DNA from: a virus
Lineage: Duplodnaviria; Caudoviricetes
Virus record (IMG/VR): IMGVR_UViG_2561511114_000002
Span: 1-64,000 of that record
DNA length: 64,000 nucleotides
Reading direction: 5' to 3' (one strand)
Shown here: piece by piece, positions 10,985 through 21,211 of the stretch
How the letters are laid out: each line of letters opens with the position of its first letter
How positions within the stretch are numbered: the first letter of the stretch is position 1
The notes under the pieces: generated by a model
The model's database searches: none
Told to the model about the DNA's origin: nothing
Seen by the model: the letters and a program-made list of their open reading frames with translations, nothing else
Position numbers and translations under genes: made by a program

Positions 10985-11724
10985 CTGACATGCCGAACAA
11001 CCTGAACGCTGCTCTCGCCCGCCTCCAGATGGAGTTGCCGCGCATCGAGAAAGACCAGACCGCAAAAGTCGACACCAAGTCGGGTGGCAGCTACCGGTAC
11101 ACGTACGCAGACCTGGCGCGGGTGTCACAGAGGGTTCTGCCGAATCTCGGCAAGCTGGGGCTGGCGTTCACGTCCCGGCCGACGACCAAGGACAACCGGC
11201 TGGTGCTCGTGTACGAGTTGCGGCACATATCCGGTGAGATGATTGAAGGTGAGTGGCCGCTGCCGGACCGGGGCTCCCCGCAGGAGATCGGTAGTGCGAT
11301 CACCTACTTTCGCCGGTACTGCCTGTGCGCGGTGACGGGTGTGGCGCCGGAGGGCGACGACAACGACGCCGCGCTGGCTGAGCAGGCGTCGGCCCACCGT
11401 AACCGGTCTTCCCGGTCACCCCGCTCGGATCAGCCGTCGAGCGGCAACGGTGGGCAGGAGCCGCCGATCACCGGCGAGCAGAAGGCACGCATGCAGCGGG
11501 CTTTCGGTGAGTTGGGTATCGCCGGCCAGGGTGATCGGCTCCAGTACGCGATCGGGGTGGTCGGCCGACAGATCAAGTCGTCGACTGAGCTGACGCAGTT
11601 CGAGGCCGGGCGTGTCATCAAGCAGGCCGAGCGGGATGTGGAGAAGCGGCAGCGCGCCGACCGTAACGGTACTGACCGGCCGGATGCCGCGAAGCCGGCG
11701 GACGCTGTCGGGGTGCCGTCGTGA
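10981..11724 (+). CDS. ERF-family ssDNA annealing protein
   Basis: YRYTYADL, PQEIGSAITYFRRY, DDNDA. Confidence 0.9.
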   Translation: MTDMPNNLNAALARLQMELPRIEKDQTAKVDTKSGGSYRYTYADLARVSQRVLPNLGKLGLAFTSRPTTKDNRLVLVYELRHISGEMIEGEWPLPDRGSPQEIGSAITYFRRYCLCAVTGVAPEGDDNDAALAEQASAHRNRSSRSPRSDQPSSGNGGQEPPITGEQKARMQRAFGELGIAGQGDRLQYAIGVVGRQIKSSTELTQFEAGRVIKQAERDVEKRQRADRNGTDRPDAAKPADAVGVPS

Positions 11725-12605
11725 CTTGGTATCTCGGGGAGATGGCCCCGTTCGACACCGAATCAACCGGCACTGATGTGGAGAACGACCGGATCGTTTC
11801 GGCCACCGTCGCCCGTATCCGCCCTGGCCAGCCCGTTGACGTGCACTCACACCTGATCTCCGTGGACGTGGCCATCCCCCAGGCCGCCACCGACGTGCAT
11901 GGCATCACCACCGAGCACGCCCAGGCGAACGGGCAGCCGGCCGCCGTGGTTCTCGACCTGGTAGCGGGGGCGCTCGCTGACGCAATGCTCGCCGACGTGC
12001 CCGTTGTCGGATCAAACCTGGCGTTCGATTTCACGCTGCTGGACCGGGACTGCCGCCGGCATGGAGTGCCCACAGTCCAACAGCGGCTAGGGCGTCCGCT
12101 CGGGCCGGTCGTGGACGTGTTCGTCATCGACAAGGCACTCGACCGGTACCGGCCGGGCAAACGGCAGTTGGATGCGCTGTGCCGGCAGTACGGGGTGCGG
12201 TTGGACGGCGCCCATGACGCGGAGAACGACGCGTTGGGTGCGGCCCGGGTGGCGTACCGGATCGGGCAACGGGCGCAGCAGGCGTTGGTCGCTCCGCAGG
12301 ATGTCATGGACACGTATTCCGACCGGCGCTATCCGGACCGGATCGTGCGGGGCTTCCAGGAGTTCGGGAAGCTGACCCTCGCTGAGGTGCATGCCGGGCA
12401 GGTGGGCTGGTACGCCGAGCAGGCCGAGGGGCTTGCCCAGTATTGGCGGCGGCAGGCCAACGAGTTGGAGTATCAGTCCAGCCGGGCGTCGGATGACGCG
12501 GAGCGGGCGACGGTTCTTGCGGACGCCGAGGATTTGCGGCGGCGCGCCGACGGTGTCACCACCGACTGGCCGATCCGCCCTTACGGCGAGCGGGTACAGC
12601 CGTGA
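11721..12605 (+). CDS. DnaQ-like DEDDh 3'-5' exonuclease
   Basis: FDTESTG, VHGIT, NLAFD, AHDAENDA. Confidence 0.9.
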   Translation: MTWYLGEMAPFDTESTGTDVENDRIVSATVARIRPGQPVDVHSHLISVDVAIPQAATDVHGITTEHAQANGQPAAVVLDLVAGALADAMLADVPVVGSNLAFDFTLLDRDCRRHGVPTVQQRLGRPLGPVVDVFVIDKALDRYRPGKRQLDALCRQYGVRLDGAHDAENDALGAARVAYRIGQRAQQALVAPQDVMDTYSDRRYPDRIVRGFQEFGKLTLAEVHAGQVGWYAEQAEGLAQYWRRQANELEYQSSRASDDAERATVLADAEDLRRRADGVTTDWPIRPYGERVQP

Positions 12606-13249
12606 CCGAACTCAGGCAGCACGACACCTACGCCACGCTGCGCATCGTCGTGTACGGCACGCCCGGCCCCCAAGGCTCGAAGACGTTCAAGGGCCGCAGC
12701 CGCACTGGCAAAGCGATCATGGTCGAGTCGTCGACGAAGGTGCAGCCGTGGCGTGAACAGGTGCATGCCGCTGCCCTGACCGCTCTCAATGACCTTCCCG
12801 AGCTGCGCAACGTGTTCCCGCTGGACGGGCCGATTGCCGGCCGGTTCGTGTTCACTCTCCGAAAGCCCCTGTCCGCGCCTAAGCGCCGACGTACCTGGCC
12901 GATCACCTACCCGGACACGTCGAAGCTTCTCCGGTCGACTGAGGACGCGCTGACAACGGCTGGGGTTTGGGTGGACGACGCCCGTCTGGTCGAGCTCGAC
13001 CGGCTGGCCAAGGTATATCCGGGCGAGGATCCGGAGGCACTGGACCGGCCGGGTGCGCTGATCGTGTTGCGGCGGGTCACGGAGGGGCCAGTGGCCCCTG
13101 ATCGCGACGTGCGCGGCTACCCGAGTCTCACGGCCGGGCCGCGCCCGGATACCCGCCGGCGCTCCGGCCAGCTCACCGCCCGGCGGCCCGCCACCCGCCC
13201 CGCCCTCGCTGACGACAACCACACCCCTGAGGAGGCCACCCATGCCTAA
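12602..13249 (+). CDS. RusA-like Holliday junction resolvase
   Basis: GTPGPQGSK, PDTSKLLRSTEDALT, WVDDAR. Confidence 0.88.
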   Translation: MTELRQHDTYATLRIVVYGTPGPQGSKTFKGRSRTGKAIMVESSTKVQPWREQVHAAALTALNDLPELRNVFPLDGPIAGRFVFTLRKPLSAPKRRRTWPITYPDTSKLLRSTEDALTTAGVWVDDARLVELDRLAKVYPGEDPEALDRPGALIVLRRVTEGPVAPDRDVRGYPSLTAGPRPDTRRRSGQLTARRPATRPALADDNHTPEEATHA

Positions 13250-13658
13250 CATCAGCCCCCCGCCGTCGCAGATTCTGCGCGACGCCGCCCGACGCATCCG
13301 CGACCTCGCCGCCGAGGCCGCCCCCTCCGGCACCCTGCCCCACGGCTGGTCCGGCGGCATCGGACACGACAACAGCCCGATGCTGTTCAGTGGCCCTACC
13401 CAACACGGCTACCGCACGGGCATCATCTTCCACTTCCAGGAGGAAGCGATGTGCGACGCCTGCTCCCGGCCGACGGCAGGGGACGTCGCGCACATGGCGG
13501 CGTGGCATCCGGATGTGGCGGTGCAGGTGGCCGCCTTCTTGGAGCAGGCCGCTGACGTTGTCGCGGTGTCACCGTCGCCGTTCACGGCGATCGCGTTGCG
13601 GATCGCCGCGTTCTTTCCGGTGCAGGAGCCGGCTGTCGCTGTGGTCGTGACCTCATGA
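13242..13658 (+). CDS. Hypothetical phage protein
   Basis: GAGGAGG RBS; HMAAWHPDVA motif. Confidence 0.7.
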   Translation: MPNISPPPSQILRDAARRIRDLAAEAAPSGTLPHGWSGGIGHDNSPMLFSGPTQHGYRTGIIFHFQEEAMCDACSRPTAGDVAHMAAWHPDVAVQVAAFLEQAADVVAVSPSPFTAIALRIAAFFPVQEPAVAVVVTS

Positions 13659-14017
13659 TTCCGCAGCGGATCCAGCGCAAACGCACCGCCGGATGGCGTA
13701 GGCCCGACAACGCCATCATCGTCGACCGCACCAGCCGGTTCGGCAACCCGTTCAAGGCCGCCGACTGCATCTCCGAAGGCTTCGCCGACAACAACGCCGA
13801 CGCCCGCAAGGTATGCGTGGACGCCTTCGACGCATGGCTTGACGGTGAACCCGACTACGCCAACGTCGAACCGGCACGCCGACTGCGGATCCTCGCCGAA
13901 CTCGACACACTCAGCGGCAAGGATCTCGCCTGCGCCTGCAAGCCCGGTGAGCTGTGCCATGGCGACAGCCTGATCCGCCGCGCAAACCCGCGCCACGTCA
14001 AGGCGGTGGCCGCGTGA
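13655..14017 (+). CDS. DUF4326-like protein
   Basis: PQRIQRKRTAGWR, SRFGNPF, LSGKDLACAC..CHGD. Confidence 0.85.
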   Translation: MIPQRIQRKRTAGWRRPDNAIIVDRTSRFGNPFKAADCISEGFADNNADARKVCVDAFDAWLDGEPDYANVEPARRLRILAELDTLSGKDLACACKPGELCHGDSLIRRANPRHVKAVAA

Positions 14018-14310
14018 GCCGACGACGCTTCACGGTCGAGCGGCGCAGCACCGACCACGGCGACCGGTGGCGCGACCACTCTGCCTGCCGCGACGAGGAC
14101 CCCGAGTTGTTCTTCCCAATCGGGACGTCAGGCCCGACCCTGCTGCAGGTGAAGCAGGCCAAGGCCGTCTGCCGGCGCTGCCCGGCGATGGACCAGTGCC
14201 TGCAGTGGGCCCTCGACAGCGGCACCGACTTCGGCGTCTGGGGTGGCCTGTCCGAGGACGAGCGCCGCGAACTGCTGCGGAAGGGCACCCGCCGGATGAC
14301 CGCCGCATGA
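14014..14310 (+). CDS. WhiB-family Fe-S transcription factor
   Basis: ACRDEDPELFFP, AKAVCRRCP, CLQWAL, GVWGGLSEDERR. Confidence 0.95.
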   Translation: MSRRRFTVERRSTDHGDRWRDHSACRDEDPELFFPIGTSGPTLLQVKQAKAVCRRCPAMDQCLQWALDSGTDFGVWGGLSEDERRELLRKGTRRMTAA

Positions 14311-14372
14311 CCACCACCGTCAGCGTGGCCCGTCCCAGGCATGGGATGGGCCCCACCCCCGGGGGACCACAC

Positions 14373-14621
14373 ATGGACTACCGAACCGTCGAACGACTGC
14401 TCGATGCCATCAAAGCCGGCCGTATCTACCGTCGCCCCGACTGGACGTACGGGGACCGCCGCAACGGCAGCCGCACCGTGGACGACCTGCTGTACACGCT
14501 GGATGACCGCGGCTTCGTGGACCTGCGCCGAGACGGCACCGTCGTTGTCAACCATGCCGGTCAGCAGTGGCGTGACCGGCCGCGTAAGGCCCACACGGCG
14601 TGGCAAGGGGCCGCCGTATGA
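14373..14621 (+). CDS. Hypothetical protein (possible winged helix)
   Basis: Fills the gap and is coupled to dnaN; alternative start at 14307. Confidence 0.55.
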   Translation: MDYRTVERLLDAIKAGRIYRRPDWTYGDRRNGSRTVDDLLYTLDDRGFVDLRRDGTVVVNHAGQQWRDRPRKAHTAWQGAAV

Positions 14622-15796
14622 AAACCCGCATCGACCGAGACCAGCTTGCTGACGTGGCCGGCTGGGTCGCCCGTAGCCTCCCCCAACGCCCCTCCGCGCC
14701 GGTGCTCGCCGGCATCAAACTCACCGCCGACGGCATCAAACTCACCGCCGAGGGCTTCGACTACGAAGTCTCGACGCGGGCCGGCGTGGCCGCGCTCGGT
14801 GGCGAGCCCGGCACCGTGCTCGTGTCGGCGCGTCTCCTGTCGGAAATCGCCAAGGCGCTGCCCAACAAGCCGGTCGACCTGGCCGCCGCCGGCACACACC
14901 TGGAACTGGTGTGCGGGTCGGCCCGGTTCACGCTGCCGACGATGCCGGTGGAGGACTATCCGACCCTGCCGGCGATGCCGCAGCCGATCGGCTCCATCGA
15001 CGCCGCAGTGTTCGCGCGGGCTGTCATGCAGACGGCGGTGGCGGCAGGCAGAGACGAAGCCCTGCCGATGATGACCGGGGTCCGCATCGAATTCGACGGC
15101 GACCGGATGGCGCTGCTCGCCACCGACCGGTACCGGCTCGTCGTCCGCGAACTGTCGTGGAAGCCGGACACAGACGATCTGTCGGCGCAGGCCCTCATCC
15201 CCGCCAAGACGCTGTCCGAGGTGGCGAAAGTCCTTGCCGCTGGCACCGACCCGATCACCCTCGCGTTGACGGCCGGAACTCCCGGCGAGGGTGTGATCGG
15301 CTTCGAGGCGGGCGGTCGGCGTGTGACCTCCCGACTACTGGACGGGGCTAACTATCCGCCCGTGCGGTCCCTGTTCCCGGAGGAGGTGCACGCGTCGGCG
15401 CTCGTGCCGGCCGACGAGCTCGTCCAGGTCGTGAAGCGAGTCGCGTTGGTGGCGGAACGCACCACGCCGGTACTGCTCACCTTCACCCCCGGCGACACGA
15501 CACTGCTGGTGGAGGCAGGTGGTGCGGGGGAGGCACGCGCCGCCGAGACAATGCCCATCGGCCACTACAAGGCCGGTGAGAGCATCACCATCGGATTCAA
15601 CCCGCAATACCTGATCGACGGGCTGTCGCACCTCGGCGCCAGCCACGCCCTCATCGAAATGGTGGGCGCCTACAAGCCTGCCGTCATCTCCCCCGCCGGG
15701 ACGGCCAATGACAGCCAGTCAGGCGACGGCGAACGCGACGAACAGGAAACCCACCCCCACCGGCACCTGATCATGCCCATCCGGGTGACCCGATGA
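14618..15796 (+). CDS. dnaN: DNA polymerase III beta sliding clamp (phage copy)
   Basis: GFDYEVS, LPTMPVEDYP, LATDRYRL, FNPQYLIDGL, LIMPIR. Confidence 0.95.
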   Translation: MKTRIDRDQLADVAGWVARSLPQRPSAPVLAGIKLTADGIKLTAEGFDYEVSTRAGVAALGGEPGTVLVSARLLSEIAKALPNKPVDLAAAGTHLELVCGSARFTLPTMPVEDYPTLPAMPQPIGSIDAAVFARAVMQTAVAAGRDEALPMMTGVRIEFDGDRMALLATDRYRLVVRELSWKPDTDDLSAQALIPAKTLSEVAKVLAAGTDPITLALTAGTPGEGVIGFEAGGRRVTSRLLDGANYPPVRSLFPEEVHASALVPADELVQVVKRVALVAERTTPVLLTFTPGDTTLLVEAGGAGEARAAETMPIGHYKAGESITIGFNPQYLIDGLSHLGASHALIEMVGAYKPAVISPAGTANDSQSGDGERDEQETHPHRHLIMPIRVTR

Positions 15797-16491
15797 CCAA
15801 CCACACCGTGCGCCGAGGCTGCCGACGCCACGCAACCGGCACCAGAAAATGCGGCCAGCACCCCCGCTACACCCCAGGATGCCTTGCCTGCCGGCAACGC
15901 AACCGGGCACGCGTAGCCGCACGCCACAAGGCTCTCGCCCTCGGCACCCACCGTCCCGGCTTCGTGCCCGCCGTCGGCACGGCTCGCCGGCTGCAAGGAC
16001 TCACTGCGGAAGGGCACCCTGCACGTGACCTGGCCCGGCACCTCGGTGTTGCTGTCAGCACCGTCAAACAGTGGCGTGGCCACGAAACTCTCACCGTCGC
16101 CCGACACACCCATGACGTGGTGCGGATCCTCGTCACCCGCCTCGACCGTGCCGGCACCTCCACGGAGGCCCGCCGCTACGCGGTACGGCAGGGCTGGGTT
16201 CCGGTCGCCGCCTGGGACGACATCGATGACCCGGACGCCGCACCCGCGGCAGGCAGCCTCACCGAGGCGATACCGGAGCGGCCTGTGTCGCTGCGATACG
16301 TGCGGTGGGCCCTCGACGGGCTCTGGCCGATCGGCCGGCTCACCGGCGGCGAGCGGGCGCACCTGTACCGGCTGTGGTGCCTGCAGGAGCAGCAGGCTGG
16401 CCGCCGGTCGGGGCGCAGGCCGTTCGCCCGTGCCTACAACATCACCGAGTGGCAGGCCCGGCAGGTTGCTGGCCCGGCGGTGACCCGATGA
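15793..16491 (+). CDS. HTH-containing phage protein
   Basis: VPAVGTARRLQGL, LARHLGVAVSTVKQW, AAWDDIDDP. Confidence 0.75.
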   Translation: MTNHTVRRGCRRHATGTRKCGQHPRYTPGCLACRQRNRARVAARHKALALGTHRPGFVPAVGTARRLQGLTAEGHPARDLARHLGVAVSTVKQWRGHETLTVARHTHDVVRILVTRLDRAGTSTEARRYAVRQGWVPVAAWDDIDDPDAAPAAGSLTEAIPERPVSLRYVRWALDGLWPIGRLTGGERAHLYRLWCLQEQQAGRRSGRRPFARAYNITEWQARQVAGPAVTR

Positions 16492-16853
16492 TCGGCCTGT
16501 TCCGGCGCTGCCGGCGACCCGAGCACGCCACCCTCGCCGCCGAGAACGCCCAGCTCAGGGCCGAACTTGACGTCCTCGAACAGGCCGTCGTCGGCTGCGC
16601 GACCACGCATCCGCTGCCCGACCACGTCGACCGGATCAACGCCGCCCGCCCGATGTTGTCCTACCGGTCGAACCCGCTCGACGGCCTATCCGGCGTCACC
16701 GTCAGCCCTGCCGGTGCCCACGTGCTCATCGATGGTCTGGTCCACACCCCTGCCGCGGCGATCGAGGTGTCCGCTGCGATTGCCCGCGCCGCCCGCGAAG
16801 CCGCCGCCGGCCTGGATACCACCCACCTCACGCCCCACAGGAAGGCACTCTGA
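16488..16853 (+). CDS. Hypothetical phage protein
   Basis: Coupled ATGA start; short coiled coil. Confidence 0.6.
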   Translation: MIGLFRRCRRPEHATLAAENAQLRAELDVLEQAVVGCATTHPLPDHVDRINAARPMLSYRSNPLDGLSGVTVSPAGAHVLIDGLVHTPAAAIEVSAAIARAAREAAAGLDTTHLTPHRKAL

Positions 16854-16854
16854 C

Positions 16855-17325
16855 ATGGCAAACGACACCAGCATCACGGTCGTCGGCAACCTCACCGATG
16901 ACCCCGAGTTGCGATTCACCCCCTCCGGTGCGGCAGTCACCAAGTTCCGGGTCGCCTCGACGCCCCGGTTCTTTGACAAGTCGTCCAGCGAGTGGAAGGA
17001 CGGCGAGCCGTTGTTCCTCTCGTGCACCGTGTGGCGGCAGGCCGCCGAGTACGTCGCGGAGTCGCTGACCCGCGGTGCACGCGTGATCGTGTCCGGTCGG
17101 CTGCGTCAGCGGTCGTACGAGACCCGCGAGGGTGAGAAGCGCACGGTCATCGAGCTGGAGGTCGACGAGATCGGCCCGTCGCTGCGCTACGCCACGGCGA
17201 AGGTGCAGAAGATGTCCCGCTCGGGTGGCGGAGGCAACTTCGACGGCGCGCGGGCCACGGCCGCTCCTACTCCCCCGCGCGGCGGGTCCGCTGGCGGCAA
17301 CTTCGACGACGAGCCTCCGTTCTGA
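16855..17325 (+). CDS. ssb: Single-stranded DNA-binding protein
   Basis: [19 protein letters not shown]; acidic DDEPPF tail. Confidence 0.97.
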   Translation: MANDTSITVVGNLTDDPELRFTPSGAAVTKFRVASTPRFFDKSSSEWKDGEPLFLSCTVWRQAAEYVAESLTRGARVIVSGRLRQRSYETREGEKRTVIELEVDEIGPSLRYATAKVQKMSRSGGGGNFDGARATAAPTPPRGGSAGGNFDDEPPF

Positions 17326-17549
17326 TGGACCAGCCAGTCACCGACGTCATCGACGCCATCGACGCCGCCACCGCAGACGATTCGCAGGCCGTCGCCCTGC
17401 TCATCGCGCGGCTCCCCGCCGACCAGAGGGCCGGCGCGCTGTCCGCGGCTGTGGGCGTGGCCGCCGGGTGCATCTGCCGCCTCGCCGCGCTCACCGGCAC
17501 AGAGCCGCAGGAGTGGATTCGGGGCATGCGGCGTCAGGCCGCCCCGTGA
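17325..17549 (+). CDS. Hypothetical phage protein
   Basis: TGATG coupling to ssb. Confidence 0.55.
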   Translation: MDQPVTDVIDAIDAATADDSQAVALLIARLPADQRAGALSAAVGVAAGCICRLAALTGTEPQEWIRGMRRQAAP

Positions 17550-17657
17550 TGGGTCGCCGCACCCGTCGACTCCTGCCGTCACGGCCGTGAACGGCACACG
17601 CAAACCGCGCAAACGCCGGCGCTGACACCCGGCGATGAACCAACGGAGGCACCACCT

Positions 17658-18932
17658 GTGACAACCCGGTGGGAGGTAGAGGCGGCGTTGGAAACCGTGG
17701 ACATGGAGCCGACGGGGCGGCATATCATGCTGCGTCTGCTCACGCGTTGCGTTGCGGCCACCGCCGAGATCCCCGTCCAGCACGCCCCCACGTTCACCGA
17801 GTTGGCCGGTGCCACCGGCTACTCCCGGTCGGCCGTCGCCGAGTGGATGAAGGTACTCGCGGCGTCCGGCTGGGCGCGGCGCACCACCGCGGTGGCCAAC
17901 GTCAAGTCCGGCTACCAGCTGGCGATCGGTGGACCGTCTGTTGTGCTACCGAAGCGGGAATCGCGCAAGCCCCGCACCGCATCCGGTGGTCCGCCCAGCG
18001 GACCAGGTGTCAACGCACCGTCACCGTCGGATGGGGGCAGCAAGCGTCCTCTACCTGCCCAAGTGGTCCGCTCAGCGGACCAGTTCCCGGCGTGCTCTGG
18101 TCCGCTGAGCGGACCACATCCGTCGGCGTCTGGTCCGCTCAGCGGACTACCTCTGGTCCGCTCAGCGGACCAAAGTGGTCCGCTGAGCGGACCACCGGAC
18201 GGCGCCTCTCCTATTACTGGTTTTAAGACCTTTACCAACACCGACCATCCGCCGCGCCCGGACAAGCCCACCAACAGCGGCGGGCAGCAAGCCGCCGCCA
18301 AGCACACGCCCACCAAGGCGCCACCATCACACAGCGCCACACCCCAACAGGCCGCCGGCCGGCAGCAGAAGATCCGGTTCCCACGTACCGCAACCCTGCC
18401 CAGGGCCACGGAAATCATCCTCAACAGCCTCAAATCCGCAAACCCCGGTGTCACCGCAGATGACGCCAACGCCGTCCACCGCGCCGTCTGCGCCGAATAC
18501 GGCCCCAAGGTCAACCTCGGCTACCTCACCACCATGGCCGCCAACTCGAGCTTCAGCCGCTTCTTGGACGCCATCCGCCGCGACCGCGCCGAACACGTTG
18601 AGGCCCAAATCCGGGCAATACAACAAACCCACCCCGACTGTGAGCACGGCACCGCCGCCGGCAACCAACCTCACCCGACCACCGGGGCCCTCCTGTGCCC
18701 CTGGTGCCGGTGCGGCACCCAACTGCCCGCCGACGTGCAACGCGAACGAACTCACCCCGCAGTTGCCGCAGCGGTCACCATCTACCGCCAATCCGTTCCC
18801 CGCGCCGGTGTGGCCGAACTGCTGCGGTTCACCCAGCAAGCCACCGTCCTCCACCGGCATGGACTCACCGCCGACCAGCTCGCCGACCACGCCCGACAAG
18901 CCGCCGCCCGAACCCCGGCAACCGTGAAGTGA
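17658..18932 (+). CDS. Putative replication initiator (lambda O-like position)
   Basis: GGAGG RBS; N-terminal wHTH (PTFTELAGATGYSRSAV); internal iterons; directly upstream of DnaB. Confidence 0.75.
   Translation: MTTRWEVEAALETVDMEPTGRHIMLRLLTRCVAATAEIPVQHAPTFTELAGATGYSRSAVAEWMKVLAASGWARRTTAVANVKSGYQLAIGGPSVVLPKRESRKPRTASGGPPSGPGVNAPSPSDGGSKRPLPAQVVRSADQFPACSGPLSGPHPSASGPLSGLPLVRSADQSGPLSGPPDGASPITGFKTFTNTDHPPRPDKPTNSGGQQAAAKHTPTKAPPSHSATPQQAAGRQQKIRFPRTATLPRATEIILNSLKSANPGVTADDANAVHRAVCAEYGPKVNLGYLTTMAANSSFSRFLDAIRRDRAEHVEAQIRAIQQTHPDCEHGTAAGNQPHPTTGALLCPWCRCGTQLPADVQRERTHPAVAAAVTIYRQSVPRAGVAELLRFTQQATVLHRHGLTADQLADHARQAAARTPATVK
17987..18240. repeat. Six 19-bp palindromic iterons plus an AT-rich tract (putative phage ori)
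   Basis: TGGTCCGCT(C/G)AGCGGACCA at 18064, 18098, 18154 and 18176, single-mismatch copies at 17987 and 18131; CTATTACTGGTTTTAAGACCTTTA at 18211. Confidence 0.85.
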
Positions 18933-18943
18933 AAGGCCACCCG

Positions 18944-20287
18944 ATGCACCCACCCACCCGTTCGGATGCCGCAGCCGACCCCGCGGCGGCACCGACGTTC
19001 GACGTCGACGCCGAACGCGTCGTCCTCGGCTCGCTGATGACCAACGCGAACCTGATCGACGTCGTATCGGCACGGCTCGGCGCAGAGGATTTCTACAACC
19101 CCCGCAACGCCGACCTGTACGACATCCTCATCAACGCCCACGAATCAGGGGTGCCCACCGAACCATTTGCCTTGGCCGGGTACCTCGCCGACCGTGGAAC
19201 CCTCAACCGGTTCGAGGGCGGTGCGCTGTTCCTGAACGCCTGTGTCGCCGCAGTCCCGCTCGCCGCGCAGGCCCCCTACTACGTGGACCGGCTGTTGGAG
19301 TTGGCGACCCGACGTCGACTACAGGTCGCCGGTGTGCGTATCAGTCAGGCGGCCACCAAACCCGGTGTCACCGCAGATGACGCGACGGCCCTCGCCACTG
19401 AACTGATCCGACAGATCAGCCCCCGCGACGACGACGACATGGTGCAGTTGGCGGACCTGCTCGACAGCGGCCTGGACGCCATCGAGCATCGCGCCGCCGA
19501 CCCTGCCGGCCTGCCAACCGGGTTCACGGACCTGGACCGGCTACTCGGCGGACTACGCCGGAAGCAGCTCATCACGATCGCCGCCCCCACCGGCTGCGGC
19601 AAGTCGGTGTTCCTGGTGGACGTGGCCCGCCACCTGTCGATCAAACGTAAGCACACGGTCGCCCTGTTCAGCCTGGAAATGGCACGCGACGAACTGTTCG
19701 AGCGGATCATTTCTGCGCAGGCCGGGGTGCCATATCACCTGATCCGTGACGGGAACCTGTCCGACTCCGACTGGCAGCGGGTGTCAACCCAGCTAGGGCC
19801 GATGTCCACCGCCCCCATGTTCATCTGCGACAGGTCGGCGATCAACGTCCGACAGATCCAGAACAAGTGCCGGTGGTTGCAGGCCAAGCACGGCCTGGAC
19901 GCGGTGATCGTCGACTATACGCAGCTCGTAGAACCGAGCCGGCGGTGCAAGGACGAGCAAGAGCAGATCAGTGATGTCAGCCGAGGCTTGAAGATCATGG
20001 CGGGCAGTCTCGACGTCCCGGTGATCGCCGCCGCCCAGATGAACCGCGGCCCCGACATGCGCGCCGACAAGCTTCCGCAGCTGTCCGACCTGCGCGGGTC
20101 TGGCTCCATCGCCAACAACTCCAACGTGGTGATGTTCATTCACCGGCCCGACTACTACGACCCCGAGTCGCCCCGGCGGGGTGAGGCCGACTTTGTGGTC
20201 CGTAAGGCCAGGTCTGCGCCGAAGGACGTGGTGACGGTCGCCGCCCAGCTCGACAAGTCCCGATTCGTTGACATGGCCACCCTTTAG
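18944..20287 (+). CDS. dnaB: Replicative DNA helicase, DnaB family
   Basis: AERVVLGSL, PTGFTDLD, APTGCGKS, FSLEM, IVDYTQL, QMNR, LSDLRGSGSI. Confidence 0.96.
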   Translation: MHPPTRSDAAADPAAAPTFDVDAERVVLGSLMTNANLIDVVSARLGAEDFYNPRNADLYDILINAHESGVPTEPFALAGYLADRGTLNRFEGGALFLNACVAAVPLAAQAPYYVDRLLELATRRRLQVAGVRISQAATKPGVTADDATALATELIRQISPRDDDDMVQLADLLDSGLDAIEHRAADPAGLPTGFTDLDRLLGGLRRKQLITIAAPTGCGKSVFLVDVARHLSIKRKHTVALFSLEMARDELFERIISAQAGVPYHLIRDGNLSDSDWQRVSTQLGPMSTAPMFICDRSAINVRQIQNKCRWLQAKHGLDAVIVDYTQLVEPSRRCKDEQEQISDVSRGLKIMAGSLDVPVIAAAQMNRGPDMRADKLPQLSDLRGSGSIANNSNVVMFIHRPDYYDPESPRRGEADFVVRKARSAPKDVVTVAAQLDKSRFVDMATL

Positions 20288-20383
20288 ACCGCTCCTCGCG
20301 GTGACACGAGCATCACCTACCGCAAACGCACACCCGACGACGCGCCGACCCGACCCCACCGCCCCCGCGTGAGGAGGCCGCCC

Positions 20384-21211
20384 GTGAAACCACCCATCGG
20401 CTACTACGGCAGCAAGGCAAGCATCGCTGAGCAGATCGTCCGGCACCTACCCGAGCACGAGCACTACGTGGAGCCGTACGCCGGCTCCCTCGCCGTCCTG
20501 CTCGCCAAGCGGCCATCAAAGTTGGAAACCGTCAATGACCTTGACGGGGAACTGGTCACTTTCTGGCGAGTGTGCCGCGACCGGCCCGACGACCTCGAAC
20601 GCGTCACGGACCTCACCCCCCACGCCCGCGCCGAACATGACAACGCCCACCAACCCGCCGCCGACGAGGTGGAAATCGCCCGCCGCGTCTGGGTCCGACT
20701 CACCCAGGGCCGCACTGGCACTTTGCGCCGCACCGGATGGCGCCACTACATCGACCCGGGCGGCACCAGCATGTCCATGCCCGCCTACCTCGACGCCTAC
20801 CGCCGCCGCCTCCCACCAGCAGCCGACCGCCTCCGCGCAGTGTCCCTCGAGGCCCGCCCCGCCCTGGACGTCATCGCCGCATACGGGCAGCACCCAGACG
20901 CGCTGCTCTATGTTGACCCGCCTTACCCCCGACACACCCGCACCGGCACCAACTACCGGCACGAGCTGCCCGACGACGCCGCCCACCGCGAGCTAGCCGA
21001 CGCACTCCACCAGACCCGCGCCGCAGTCGTCCTATCCGGATACCCCAGCGAGCTGTACGACGACCTGTACGCCGGGTGGGACCGCGTCGACATCACCACC
21101 GGCACCGGCCAGGGCGGCACCTGGGCGGGCCGCACCGAGGTCATCTGGTCCAACCGCGCGCTCAGCGATCAGCCGTCTCTGCTCGACGCCCTCACCCCCG
21201 CCACCGCCTGA
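20384..21211 (+). CDS. DNA adenine methyltransferase (D12/Dam-like)
   Basis: YYGSK, YVEPYAGS, ETVNDLD, YVDPPY. Confidence 0.93.
   Translation: MKPPIGYYGSKASIAEQIVRHLPEHEHYVEPYAGSLAVLLAKRPSKLETVNDLDGELVTFWRVCRDRPDDLERVTDLTPHARAEHDNAHQPAADEVEIARRVWVRLTQGRTGTLRRTGWRHYIDPGGTSMSMPAYLDAYRRRLPPAADRLRAVSLEARPALDVIAAYGQHPDALLYVDPPYPRHTRTGTNYRHELPDDAAHRELADALHQTRAAVVLSGYPSELYDDLYAGWDRVDITTGTGQGGTWAGRTEVIWSNRALSDQPSLLDALTPATA

Noticed and set aside
17987-18194. Palindromic repeats as a CRISPR array
   Set aside because: Repeats are 19 bp with 3-58 bp gaps, lie inside a CDS, and no cas genes are present; they fit iterons better.
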